From an uncultured Pseudanabaenaceae cyanobacterium (GTDB taxonomy: Bacteria > Cyanobacteriota > Cyanobacteriia > PCC-9006 > JAAUQQ01), in assembly GCA_938017515.1 (NCBI GenBank), contig CALIJJ010000065.1, forward strand, positions 1,177 to 65,176: DNA of 64,000 nt. Direction: 5' to 3'. Below the pieces are notes generated by a model. The model was given only the letters and a program-made list of their open reading frames with translations. It searched no databases and was not told where the DNA came from. This document shows, piece after piece, positions 48,195 to 57,448 of this stretch. The translations under genes and the position numbers were made by a program. Every line of letters begins with the position of its first letter. Within the stretch, counting starts at the first letter, position 1.

Positions 48195-49355
48195 CTATTT
48201 CAGGCGCAACCCCACATAGGGCCCAGAAGGCTGCGATGCTCGAAAATCTCGATCCTTGGTCTCCCCAAAAGCGTAGCCCGCCGACAGCCGCAGGTTGGCA
48301 TTCATGTGATAGCCCAGCTCCACCGTCGCTCCCAAAGCCGGACTGCGGCCACCGCCTCCGATATTTTGCCGCACACGAACATCTCCCCCGACATCCAAAC
48401 GGTTGGGTAAATAGTGGGTCATCCCCGCCTGGAGCAGGGCATCGGTCTGCCCGCCCCACTGACGCACACCGAGATGGCTATCCATCTCCCAACGCCAATT
48501 GGGCCGATAGGTCGCTGCAGCCTGGAGCAAATGAGCGCTGCTTCGCCGGTGACGGTATTCATAATTCAGATGGGTCTCTAACTTTGGCTCTGGGCTAGAG
48601 CGCCTTGCCCCTGGCCGTGAACCCACCTCCGGTACAGCAGCCGGAACATATGAAATCCCCACCCGCACCCGAGTGCTAGGGTCGTGATGGGTGCGACGGT
48701 TGTGGCTGGCACGAATCTGGGTCGTGACGGTGGGCGAGAGCTGACCGGTGAGCCGCCCATTCAATTTCATCCGATTTTCCTGGCGCCCGACCCGCTGCTC
48801 CAGCCGAGCCTTCCCCTGCCATCCGGGCCGAATGCGGTAATCCAAATTGGCCTTCACCCGATTGGGACTCCCGCCTGCTGCAGAAGAAATTCCCAGGGAA
48901 TTCCCCATCATTCGCTCATAGGAAACGCTGAGCTTCATGTCCGGAGTCACATCCCATTGATGCTGAACCCCCAGGACCGCCTTGGTTTGCCAGCGACTAC
49001 TGCGCAACTCCTGGACTGAATCATTCCAATCCTCAGTGTCAGCATCAGACTCTAGGACATATCCGCCAGTCACTTGAGTCTTCGGCCCGAGGTTCACAGC
49101 AGCCCCCGCAGACCACTCCATCTCAGGGAAATGCACATCCGGCTGCAAGCGCAGACCTGCATTCATCAATGATTGGGTGGCCTGGGTCAGACGCGGCGAC
49201 GAGGTGGGCTGGGCAAACTCATCATTAGATTCAGGCTGTTCGCGTTCAGCCCTGGGCTCGGCGGCGGCCCTTCCATGCCAGGCCCCCGCCATTAATCCAA
49301 GAGAAACAAGCGTCAACGGTCGCAAGCGGCAGGGAGAGGACATGTACCGAAGCAT
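48195..49355 (-). CDS. Putative outer-membrane beta-barrel protein
   Basis: Signal-peptide-like N-terminus; many amphipathic strands; C-terminus LSAGYAFG...DRDF...GPYVGLRLK. Confidence 0.65.
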   Translation of the reverse strand: MLRYMSSPCRLRPLTLVSLGLMAGAWHGRAAAEPRAEREQPESNDEFAQPTSSPRLTQATQSLMNAGLRLQPDVHFPEMEWSAGAAVNLGPKTQVTGGYVLESDADTEDWNDSVQELRSSRWQTKAVLGVQHQWDVTPDMKLSVSYERMMGNSLGISSAAGGSPNRVKANLDYRIRPGWQGKARLEQRVGRQENRMKLNGRLTGQLSPTVTTQIRASHNRRTHHDPSTRVRVGISYVPAAVPEVGSRPGARRSSPEPKLETHLNYEYRHRRSSAHLLQAAATYRPNWRWEMDSHLGVRQWGGQTDALLQAGMTHYLPNRLDVGGDVRVRQNIGGGGRSPALGATVELGYHMNANLRLSAGYAFGETKDRDFRASQPSGPYVGLRLK

Positions 49356-49437
49356 TTAGGAGTATAAATACATACTTAATATTTATTTTATATCCGGAGC
49401 AATTTCCCAGCCGGGTCACCTGCGAGCAATGACCCGA

Positions 49438-49500
49438 CCGTCCCAAAAAGTGGCCGTCCCAAAAAGTGACCCTTCCCAAAAGTGACCCTCCCCAAAGCAT
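49438..49500. repeat. 4 x 16-bp tandem repeat with graded divergence
   Basis: CCGTCCCAAAAAGTGG, CCGTCCCAAAAAGTGA, CCCTTCCCAAAAGTGA, CCCTCCCCAAAGCAT. Confidence 0.9.
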
Positions 49501-50036
49501 TAGGCCGCCTGATCGAGTCGTTTCGGCTGGGCTAATTCTGCGGGCTGGGCCAAATCATCACGGCTCAGACCATGGAGCTGAGGCAACGGCGCATAGTCTA
49601 CGGTGGCCGCCCACAGACGGGGAATCTGACCACTGTTATAAACCCGGAACTCGCTTTCGACGGTGGCAGCGGCGGTGCGCACCGCTTGATTGATCACCAG
49701 GGAACCATCCGGATCTGAGATAGAGCGGTGGAAAGTCCCCGGCGGAATGCGCAGGATATCGCCATTGGCTTCCAGTCGCACGATATGGAAAGGCACAGCC
49801 CAGCTAAAGTTCACCAGAAAAAAGGTCCGGCCACCGCTTAGGGCAAGCAGATTATCCTCTTGCTTGGGATGAAGATAGAATTGCCAACAGCCATCTTCCG
49901 TATTGTTAGGACTCACCGCAGGACCATCGTGATAGACCAAGTCCCGCGCATTGGAGTTGGAGATGGTGATATCAAAAAATCGAACGTTGGGAGTGTCTCG
50001 AAATTTTTTGTAGGAGATTAGGTCAAACATTGGCAC
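49500..50036 (-). CDS. Cupin-fold protein (RmlC-like, function unknown)
   Basis: FRDTPNVRFFD, YLHPKQEDNL and IPPGTFHRS cupin motifs. Confidence 0.75.
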   Translation of the reverse strand: MPMFDLISYKKFRDTPNVRFFDITISNSNARDLVYHDGPAVSPNNTEDGCWQFYLHPKQEDNLLALSGGRTFFLVNFSWAVPFHIVRLEANGDILRIPPGTFHRSISDPDGSLVINQAVRTAAATVESEFRVYNSGQIPRLWAATVDYAPLPQLHGLSRDDLAQPAELAQPKRLDQAA

Positions 50037-50166
50037 GTCCTCACACGTTTAGATTTAGCCAGACTCGGTGTTGCCCTAGAGTTCCCATCAAGCTATCTCA
50101 GGCCATTTACCGAAAACCACACGGATTGCGAGCCACATCAATGCAGAACAGGGATGGGTGTTGACG

Positions 50167-51093
50167 ATGAACATTTCTCACCTGCGCATTTTTTTGGCCG
50201 TGGTGGAGTGTCAGAGTTTCTCCACCGCCGCAGACAAGCTCGATATTTCCCAGTCAGCGGTAAGCCGTGCGATCGCCGCCCTAGAAGACGAGTTGGGCGT
50301 ATCGCTATTGTCACGGGGACGCTTTGGCGCCCATTCCACCCCCATGGGCGATCGCATCATTCCCTATGCCCAACAGATTGTGCAGGCCCGCACCAATATC
50401 GACGCCGATATCAACCGGGAAAAAAGTCTCTACGGGGGTCGGGTGCGACTGGCCTCCTTTCGTAGCGCCGCGACCCATCTGCTACCGCCACTGATTGCTC
50501 AGTTTCGACGCAGCTTTCCCCAAGTCGAAGTCTCACTGATGGAAGACGACCCAGCCACGATCGAACAAGCCCTGCGCCAAAGCCAAGTCGATATTGGCCT
50601 CATTCCCTTACCTCGGTCATCGGAAGATTTAGACACCTGGGAAATTGCCCGGGATGAATTCGTCCTGCTGTTGCCTCCGTCCATGGCCCAGCTCCCACCT
50701 CGGCCCAGTTGGCAAGACCTAGAAGATTGCAATTTCATTTTGCTCAACTATGCGGAGTGCACCTCCGCCGTGCGAGAACATTGGCAGCGAGCAGACCTAG
50801 ACATGAAAGAAACCCACGTGATTCGTGAGGACTCAACCATTGTGAGCATGGTGTCCCAGGATCTCGGCGTGGCCGTTTTGCCTCGACTGGCAGCACTCCC
50901 CGTGCCGGAGGGCGTGGAAGTGCGGCCCCTGCCGGTGACATTGGAGCGCAGTATTGGAGCGGCGATCGCCAGCAATGTGCTCCATTCCGCAGCCGTTTTT
51001 TTATTTTTGGATCTGCTGCGGGGCACGGGTCAATTTGCCCACCGCCAGCTCAATCAGTCTCTCCCGATCGTCGTCGAAGCACCAAAACCATGA
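50167..51093 (+). CDS. LysR-family transcriptional regulator
   Basis: SFSTAADKLDISQSAVSRAIAALEDELG HTH plus substrate-binding domain. Confidence 0.93.
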   Translation: MNISHLRIFLAVVECQSFSTAADKLDISQSAVSRAIAALEDELGVSLLSRGRFGAHSTPMGDRIIPYAQQIVQARTNIDADINREKSLYGGRVRLASFRSAATHLLPPLIAQFRRSFPQVEVSLMEDDPATIEQALRQSQVDIGLIPLPRSSEDLDTWEIARDEFVLLLPPSMAQLPPRPSWQDLEDCNFILLNYAECTSAVREHWQRADLDMKETHVIREDSTIVSMVSQDLGVAVLPRLAALPVPEGVEVRPLPVTLERSIGAAIASNVLHSAAVFLFLDLLRGTGQFAHRQLNQSLPIVVEAPKP

Positions 51094-51170
51094 GGCCTGA
51101 GGCTCGGATATCCCTAGACCCAATATCCCTGGACCTGATGCCTTAGGATCATCAAACGAGGAGCACCCCC

Positions 51171-52031
51171 ATGAATGTGAAAGCCGATAAAACCATCCAA
51201 CCGCGCACGCTCTATGTCGTCGCTACCCCTATCGGCAACTTAGAGGACATGACCTTTCGGGCGGTGCGCGTGCTTCAGCAGGTGCAATGGATTGCAGCGG
51301 AGGACACTCGCCACACCGGCAAGCTGCTCCAGGCGTTTCAGGTCCAAACCCCCCAACTGAGCTATCACGAGCACAACCGTAGCCAGCGAACCCCAGATTT
51401 GATCGCGCGCCTAGAGGAAGGTCATGCGATCGCCCTCGTCAGCGACGCGGGCATTCCAGTCATTTCAGACCCTGGTTCAGACCTCGTCTGTGCCTGCATC
51501 GCCGCCCAAATCCCCGTGGTGCCCATCCCCGGTGTCAGCGCCGTCACCACAGCCCTCTGTGCCGCAGGCATCGCCACCGAGCGATTTACGTTTGAAGGTT
51601 TTTTGCCCGCCAAGCCCAAGGCACGACGAGATGCCCTGGCCCAGCTTGAGCGTGAATCCCGTACCCTTGTGTTCTACGAGTCGCCCCATCGCCTCAAGGC
51701 AACATTGGCCGACTTGCAAACGGTCTTTGGCTCGGACCGCAACCTGGCCCTGGCTCGCGAACTGACCAAACTCCACGAAGAATTTTGGCGAGGAACCATC
51801 TCGGAGGCGATCGCCCACTGCGACACTCGCAGGCCCCAAGGCGAATACACACTGGTTGTCGCCGGTGCAATCCTGGAGCCGCAACGCCTCAGCGAAGCAG
51901 ACATCAAAGCTGAACTCACAGCACTCCTGAGCCAGGGCATGTCCCGCTCCGCAGCGAGCCGTCACCTCGCCCAGGAAACCACGCTGCCCAAGCGACAAAT
52001 CTATCAGCTAGCATTATCAATACCGGATTAG
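51171..52031 (+). CDS. rsmI: 16S rRNA (cytidine1402-2'-O)-methyltransferase
   Basis: LYVVATPIGNLEDMT, AAEDTR, VSDAGIPVISDPG, FYESPHR, ARELTKLHEE. Confidence 0.96.
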   Translation: MNVKADKTIQPRTLYVVATPIGNLEDMTFRAVRVLQQVQWIAAEDTRHTGKLLQAFQVQTPQLSYHEHNRSQRTPDLIARLEEGHAIALVSDAGIPVISDPGSDLVCACIAAQIPVVPIPGVSAVTTALCAAGIATERFTFEGFLPAKPKARRDALAQLERESRTLVFYESPHRLKATLADLQTVFGSDRNLALARELTKLHEEFWRGTISEAIAHCDTRRPQGEYTLVVAGAILEPQRLSEADIKAELTALLSQGMSRSAASRHLAQETTLPKRQIYQLALSIPD

Positions 52032-52049
52032 AGCAATACCGGACTCAAG
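52018..52049. repeat. 2 x 16-bp duplication spanning the rsmI stop codon
   Basis: CAATACCGGATTAGAG / CAATACCGGACTCAAG. Confidence 0.75.
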
Positions 52050-52054
52050 CCACC

Positions 52055-52267
52055 ATGAAAACGCTGCTGCCTTTCCTCGCCGTATTGACCTGTGCCCTTT
52101 GGGTGGGGGCGATCGCCATTCTAGCCATCCAAAACTACACATCCGTATCCCTAACGCTCTTCTCATTTCCCCTGATTCAGATTCCCGTAGGCATCCTACT
52201 CGGGTTTTGCGTCATGGCTGGAATGCTCGGAGCAGTCATCGTCCAAGGTGGCCTACTACGGCGCTAG
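52055..52267 (+). CDS. Small two-TM membrane protein (LapA/DUF1049-like)
   Basis: Two hydrophobic helices; AILAIQNYTSVSL...IPVG motif. Confidence 0.75.
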   Translation: MKTLLPFLAVLTCALWVGAIAILAIQNYTSVSLTLFSFPLIQIPVGILLGFCVMAGMLGAVIVQGGLLRR

Positions 52268-53466
52268 GACGAGGTTTCCAGAGAATAGACTTGACCATCC
52301 AACAGACAGCGCGTTATCCCCTTCGCTTCAAGCCAGGGCGCAGTCTTGGCCAAAAGCCGACCATCTGGCACTTTAATCACCCGTTGATTACGCTTCGAAA
52401 ACCTCCGGGCAATACGGTGATTATCAAAAATGGGCAGCGTCGCCAGCGCCTCTTCCTCAGACGGGACCTGCCCTAGGTCACGAAACTCCTGCATCGGGCA
52501 GGTAATCAAATCCGCCGTGCGGTCAATCACGAGATAGAGCATCCGCTCCAAATCCGCCTCGGAAATGGGCAGAATCTCAAGCTGATCATCACCCACGCTC
52601 TGGGGATGCAGGGTCAACGCCTCATCATCCTCTTCCTCATCGAGGCCATCATCCTCTAGTTCTTCTTCAAAGTCATCGGAAAAGTCATCGTCCTCGACAG
52701 CGGCGAGATCAGTATCAGCCAACGCGTCTTCATCTTCAGCGACGCCGACCTCAGGCAGAGGCTCTTCTGTCGCTGCAATGTCAGCTTCAGCCCCAAGCTC
52801 TTTATCCTCTGCATCCTCCAGAACGACGGGTTCAGGAGCGGGCTCCTCAGCTGCGGTCAACTCCAGCTGAACCGTTGACTCATCATCTTTGGCCCCTCGC
52901 GACCGACGTCGGCGTCGGCGAACAGGAGCAGCGGGTTTTGTCGGTTCAGGAGCGGCTTCCGTGGTCTCTTCCAATTCCCCCTGGACTTCTAGCTTCACAG
53001 GCTCCTCATGCTCCACCTCCTGGACTACAGGGTCCTGGATTTCGGGCTCCTGGATTTCGGGTTCCTGGATTTCGGGTTCCTGGGTTTCGGGTTCAAGGGG
53101 CAATTCATCTTCAACGGGAGACTCAACCTCCACAGGGGGCTGGGCCTTTTTCCGCTTGACGGTGGAAGTCTTCTTCTTGACCGTTGAGCTAGATTTTTTG
53201 ACGGTCGCGGACTTCTTGATGGTGCGGCGCGATCGCACCGAGCCAGACGACTTCTCTTCCCCCTTCTTGGCGTCCTTAGCGCCTGCCCGCTTCTGTTTCA
53301 CCAAAGCATCGTATTCGGCCGCGGCTAACTCACTCTTCAGCAAGCGGCTGATCGTACTCACACTCACTTCATACTGCTCTGCAACAGTCCCAGTCGTTTG
53401 CCCTGGCTCACGGTACAGGTCAACAATGGCAAGTTTATCTTCAGCGGATAGTTTCCGAGGGGGCAT
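52264..53466 (-). CDS. Conserved cyanobacterial protein: N-terminal HTH, acidic linker, conserved C-terminal domain
   Basis: RKLSAEDK...YEVSVSTISRLLK; LPIFDNHRIARRFS...KGITR. Confidence 0.82.
   Translation of the reverse strand: MPPRKLSAEDKLAIVDLYREPGQTTGTVAEQYEVSVSTISRLLKSELAAAEYDALVKQKRAGAKDAKKGEEKSSGSVRSRRTIKKSATVKKSSSTVKKKTSTVKRKKAQPPVEVESPVEDELPLEPETQEPEIQEPEIQEPEIQDPVVQEVEHEEPVKLEVQGELEETTEAAPEPTKPAAPVRRRRRRSRGAKDDESTVQLELTAAEEPAPEPVVLEDAEDKELGAEADIAATEEPLPEVGVAEDEDALADTDLAAVEDDDFSDDFEEELEDDGLDEEEDDEALTLHPQSVGDDQLEILPISEADLERMLYLVIDRTADLITCPMQEFRDLGQVPSEEEALATLPIFDNHRIARRFSKRNQRVIKVPDGRLLAKTAPWLEAKGITRCLLDGQVYSLETSS
53018..53092. repeat. 5 x 15-bp in-frame repeat (QEPEI)
   Basis: TCCTGGATTTCGGGT-like units. 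Confidence 0.9.
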
Positions 53467-53741
53467 GGAACGGAGCCTCGAGGCATTGATTCAGAGGAGT
53501 TGTGAAACGGAGCAGGTGCAGAGACTCAATCCAATTCGGAGAAAGCTTGCAACCTAAGCCGTTTCACCCACCTAAAGTAACACGCAGAACCTAAGGCCAT
53601 CGCCACAATCACCCAGTTCAAAGACACCAGCGTCATCAGAGTTACCGCCATCGGGAGAACTTTTCCTGAGGAACGATCCGCAAGAGTTTGCTAGGATGTC
53701 GGCATCGAAAAACGAAATTATGTTTCGTTGTGTCGAAGCCC

Positions 53742-53814
53742 GCTCCAGTAGCTCAGTGGATAGAGCAACTGCCTTCTAAGCAGTCGGTCGTTGGTTCAAG
53801 TCCAACCTGGGGCG
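53742..53814 (+). tRNA. tRNA-Arg(TCT)
   Basis: Acceptor stem GCTCCAG/CTGGGGC, anticodon arm ACTGC-CTTCTAA-GCAGT, GTTCAAG T-loop; no encoded CCA. Confidence 0.96.
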
Positions 53815-53818
53815 CTTT

Positions 53819-55234
53819 TTAGCGAGTGATCGAGTCCTTACTCCGAACAATCTCAGGTTCTGGGCGAAGTCGTTCTGGCGTTAGGGGTTCCACCTCACGC
53901 TCCGTACGAATCCACTGGGTTTGAGGCTTCAGGAAAAACTTAAGGTAGATCGGCAACTTCCACAGAATAAAAAGAGGGATGAGAGCAAACTGTCGGGCTG
54001 GCAAGTCCTGCCGACCAAACTTGGCCCAGCTCAACACAATCGCCAAGCTTAAGCTCCCTAAGGCAACAGTGGATATCCAGGCAGCACTCCAAGCGCCAGT
54101 GAGCCAGCCAAATCCCCAGGACAATCCGCAGGTTGCCACCACACAAACCACCAACAGCGATAGAGGCAGTACGCATAGATCAAAGGCGAGCGCCAGCGCA
54201 CCCAATTTTTGTTGCCCCACAGCTGCCGCCAGCAGACGGGGCAAATAGCGACGGGTCACTGCAAACCGGCCATGTTCCCAGCGTGTTCGTTGACTCGCCA
54301 CCGCACCACGGGTGCGAGGCAACAGTGCGGTTACCTCTGCCCCCGGGCAAAGCATGGGCGGGTGCCCAGCTAAGAGAAGATCAAAGCCAAGCTTCATGTC
54401 TTCAACCAGGCTGCCACTCGCTAGATTAATGCCAGAAATCACAGACCAAGGGAAAGCCATGCCCGTGCCAGTCAAAATGACCGGCAGGCCCAGCCGAGCT
54501 AATCCCCTCAAACGGACAACGTTACGAACCCGCGTCGCAAACACTGTCACGCGGCTCACCAGAGAAATCTCCGATTCCCCCTGGGGCAAAATCATCATGT
54601 ACTCGCTCTGCACCGGACGGCGCGTCACCTGAGCCTGCTCCGCCAAAGCCCGCAAGCTCCCCGACTTCACATGGGTATCGGCATCGACCATGACCACGAC
54701 ATCTGGTGGGTCCTGAGCCAGGTGCTGAAGCCCGTGGTCTAGGGCATAGCCCTTGCCTCGGCACAGAGCATCATGGCGCTCTAGAACTTTGGCCCCAAAG
54801 GAACGGGCGATCGCAGCGGTTTGATCACTACAGTTATCAGCAACCACAATTAATCGGTCCGTCTGCTTCAACTGCGGCAAAAGCTCGGTCAGGGTCGCCG
54901 CAATGACCGCAGACTCATTGTGAGCAGGCATGATGACAGCCACTCGAATGGAATGCCATGGCTGAATCCCCTGCAATCCACCACCCCCTTCACACCTAGA
55001 CCAATGTTCGTCTCCTAAATCCCCTGTATTGGACACTTCCAAGACATGTCCTTCAGAGGCATCGGGAACGGTCTCCAAAGGTCTTCCCTCCCAAGAAGAC
55101 AGGGGCAACAAAGCCGCTAAACACTCCAACAAAAGAAACAAGCAGAGAACACAAAGTATCCCAGCCAGCACAACCAAAGGACCATGCAGGACAAGCAAGA
55201 ATTTTGAAACCATGAGTGAAGTGAGAGATGCCAA
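53819..55234 (-). CDS. Glycosyltransferase family 2 (membrane)
   Basis: MPAHNE, VADNCSD, GKGYAL, VDAD, GTGM, VED, QRTRW; start may be 55213. Confidence 0.9.
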   Translation of the reverse strand: MASLTSLMVSKFLLVLHGPLVVLAGILCVLCLFLLLECLAALLPLSSWEGRPLETVPDASEGHVLEVSNTGDLGDEHWSRCEGGGGLQGIQPWHSIRVAVIMPAHNESAVIAATLTELLPQLKQTDRLIVVADNCSDQTAAIARSFGAKVLERHDALCRGKGYALDHGLQHLAQDPPDVVVMVDADTHVKSGSLRALAEQAQVTRRPVQSEYMMILPQGESEISLVSRVTVFATRVRNVVRLRGLARLGLPVILTGTGMAFPWSVISGINLASGSLVEDMKLGFDLLLAGHPPMLCPGAEVTALLPRTRGAVASQRTRWEHGRFAVTRRYLPRLLAAAVGQQKLGALALAFDLCVLPLSLLVVCVVATCGLSWGFGWLTGAWSAAWISTVALGSLSLAIVLSWAKFGRQDLPARQFALIPLFILWKLPIYLKFFLKPQTQWIRTEREVEPLTPERLRPEPEIVRSKDSITR

Positions 55235-55553
55235 GGGAGGACTCGAAGCCCTCTCTAGCTGAGTTCATAGCAACATATACCGCTGTCCCTTGAGCGATCC
55301 TGGTATTTTCCGAGGGATGCCTTTAAAGATTAAGCAAACTTCAAGGGGGATTCTCCCGGCCATCCTCACAGAAACTTCGTCTGGCTCCGAACAACCACGG
55401 ACAGAGGAGTAAACAGAGCAACATCCTCCACAAAACGCTCACTTAGCCAAACCATCCAGTGCTCGCGAGACCAAATGCCCAGCACCAAATGCCCAACGTC
55501 AAATTTCAAGCGTCAAGCCGAAGGGAGAACAGCACGCTGTTAATCAATTCAGA

Positions 55554-55625
55554 AGCCCGTGATGAGAATTGAACTCATGACCTCACCCTTACCAAGGGTG
55601 TGCTCTACCGCTGAGCTACACGGGC
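55554..55625 (-). tRNA. tRNA-Thr(GGT)
   Basis: GCCCGTG...CACCC-TTGGTAA-GGGTG...GTTCAAT...CACGGGCT. Confidence 0.96.
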
Positions 55626-55700
55626 GCAAAAAGCCTTCCTTACCAAGGCGCTTTTCAAACAAGAATCTCGAAGCCAATGCAGCATCGAGATTCTTGCAGA

Positions 55701-55782
55701 TGGGCCGAGCTGGATTTGAACCAGCGTAGGCAGTGCCAGTGGATTTACAGTCCACCCCCATTAACCACTCGGGCATCGACCC
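55701..55782 (-). tRNA. tRNA-Tyr(GTA)
   Basis: GGGTCGA...GTGGA-CTGTAAA-TCCAC, variable arm, GTTCAAAT...TCGGCCCA. Confidence 0.96.
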
Positions 55783-56047
55783 ACATCATGCGTAGAACAG
55801 CACTCTAGGAGACGTCTGTCCACGGGAATAGATGTTAGCACAGCTCTTTGCACTTTTATCAATTTTGCAAAAAGCTGGAAAAGCTGAGCGATTACCCTTG
55901 CCCAACTCGGCAAAGATTCGTTATGATCACGGATACATGAAGGACAACGGGACTGAACTTACCTTCCAATGTTCCGAATAGATGCGCCTTTGCGCGGATC
56001 CGGACGGACTCAGTGGGCAGGATGTTGTGCAAGGAGTTTTCTATTTC

Positions 56048-56182
56048 ATGGATTACATTGATAAGGTTCTGGAAAAGCTCAAGGATTGGGGTCGCCGCAT
56101 TGTTGATGCGCTCCTAGGTCCCGAGGTAGAGCCTGAGCCTGAGCTCATCCCGATTCCTGTAGACGATCGACGATACCGTTAG
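56048..56182 (+). CDS. Small 44-aa protein upstream of aroQ
   Basis: AAGGAG RBS; MDYIDKVLEKLKDWGRRIVDALLGPEVEPEPELIPIPVDDRRYR*. Confidence 0.75.
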   Translation: MDYIDKVLEKLKDWGRRIVDALLGPEVEPEPELIPIPVDDRRYR

Positions 56183-56195
56183 ATGAGAGTTTTAG

Positions 56196-56687
56196 GTGAG
56201 GGTAGCTGAATCTTCTAAGGGCCATCGCGTTCTGGTTATTCACGGCCCAAATCTGAACCTTTTGGGCAAGCGTGAGCCCGGAATCTATGGTGCCTCCACG
56301 CTGGAGGATATAGAGCGTTCTCTGGCGCGTTTCGCAGAAACGCTGGCTGTTCGTTTGGATTGTTTGCAGTCCAATCACGAAGGCGTTTTGTTGGACGCTG
56401 TTCATGGTGCTGTGGATGTTTGTGATGGCCTCCTCATTAATGCTGGAGCCTACACTCACACAAGCGTTGCGCTGCGAGATGCGATCGCCGGTACATCCAT
56501 TCCCACGGTAGAGGTCCACCTCAGCAACCTCTACAAGCGTGAGACTTTTCGTCACCACTCCTACATTGCCCCCGTTGCCGTCGGGCAGATCAGTGGCTTT
56601 GGAGCCAACAGCTACAAGCTGGGATTACAGGCCCTTGTCTGGCACTTAGAGACGTTGCGATCGACGCCAAACAAACCCAAACATTAG
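56196..56687 (+). CDS. aroQ: Type II 3-dehydroquinate dehydratase
   Basis: [39 protein letters not shown]. Confidence 0.96.
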   Translation: MRVAESSKGHRVLVIHGPNLNLLGKREPGIYGASTLEDIERSLARFAETLAVRLDCLQSNHEGVLLDAVHGAVDVCDGLLINAGAYTHTSVALRDAIAGTSIPTVEVHLSNLYKRETFRHHSYIAPVAVGQISGFGANSYKLGLQALVWHLETLRSTPNKPKH

Positions 56688-56715
56688 GACTGCTCGTCTC
56701 CCGACGGAATTTCTG

Positions 56716-56746
56716 AAAGGATAGGCTATTAGAAGCCTATCCTTTT
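56716..56746 (+). terminator. Terminator after aroQ
   Basis: AAAGGATAGGCT...AGCCTATCCTTTT. Confidence 0.8.
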
Positions 56747-56767
56747 GTTTTTCGGCGCAACGTTTTC

Positions 56768-57382
56768 ATGGCCACCGTTTCCCCCCAGTCTCCCCTTCGG
56801 AGCAGTATCAAGTTCCTCCAAACCCCGACTCAGCATGCGTGGATCGAACAAGCGCTAGCAAACTTAGATGAGGTATTGCTGGACCATTCCCACTGTGAGC
56901 GCAAAGCGGCAGGGGTCGCGCTTAATCTCATGTTTCGCTATCCATCCAACGAACCACTGATCGATGCACTGACCGCGATCGCCAAGGAAGAACTAGAGCA
57001 CTTCGAGCAGGTCAACCAGATTTTGCGCGAACGCGGCGTTGCCCTGCGTCCCCTGGCAGCCTCACCCTACGGCGCTGGCCTTAAGGCACAAGTTCGGCGG
57101 CAAGAGCCTGAGCGCTATCTAGATTCTTTACTCGTGGCCGCACTGATCGAAGCCCGTAGCCACGAACGACTAGGGCTCTTAGCGGACCATTGTCCCGACG
57201 AAAAACTATCCCGATTTTACCGAGCGCTGATGGCATCGGAAGCAAGGCATTATGGGGCCTATTGGGTGCTCGCAACTGAGAGCTACGATCGCGAAACCGT
57301 TAACCAACGCCTAGAAGAACTGGCTGCAGTCGAAAGCGACCTACTGGCAGAGCTATACCCAGCACCTCGTATCCACAGCTAG
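56768..57382 (+). CDS. miaE: tRNA-(ms2io6A)-hydroxylase
   Basis: LLDHSHCERKAA, EELEHF, IEARSHER and SEARH di-iron motifs. Confidence 0.93.
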   Translation: MATVSPQSPLRSSIKFLQTPTQHAWIEQALANLDEVLLDHSHCERKAAGVALNLMFRYPSNEPLIDALTAIAKEELEHFEQVNQILRERGVALRPLAASPYGAGLKAQVRRQEPERYLDSLLVAALIEARSHERLGLLADHCPDEKLSRFYRALMASEARHYGAYWVLATESYDRETVNQRLEELAAVESDLLAELYPAPRIHS

Positions 57383-57448
57383 TGCGTATTCATGCCAGGT
57401 CGCCATCCCTAGGCCATCATCGCGAGGCCGTCCCCTTGACCCTCATCC

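Noticed and set aside
49438-49500. Possible CRISPR array (also at 36401, 42756 and 53018)
   Set aside because: Units are 12-17 bp and contiguous, with no spacers and no cas genes.
52264-53466. Transposase / IS element
   Set aside because: Only an HTH resemblance; no DDE triad, terminal inverted repeats or target duplication.
53742-55625. Integrative island at tRNA-Arg or tRNA-Thr carrying the glycosyltransferase
   Set aside because: No integrase, no duplicated tRNA 3' end seen, and the gene contains a host-type HIP1 site.
55549-55776. 75-aa ORF in the ORF track
   Set aside because: It is a read-through of the tRNA-Tyr and tRNA-Thr genes.
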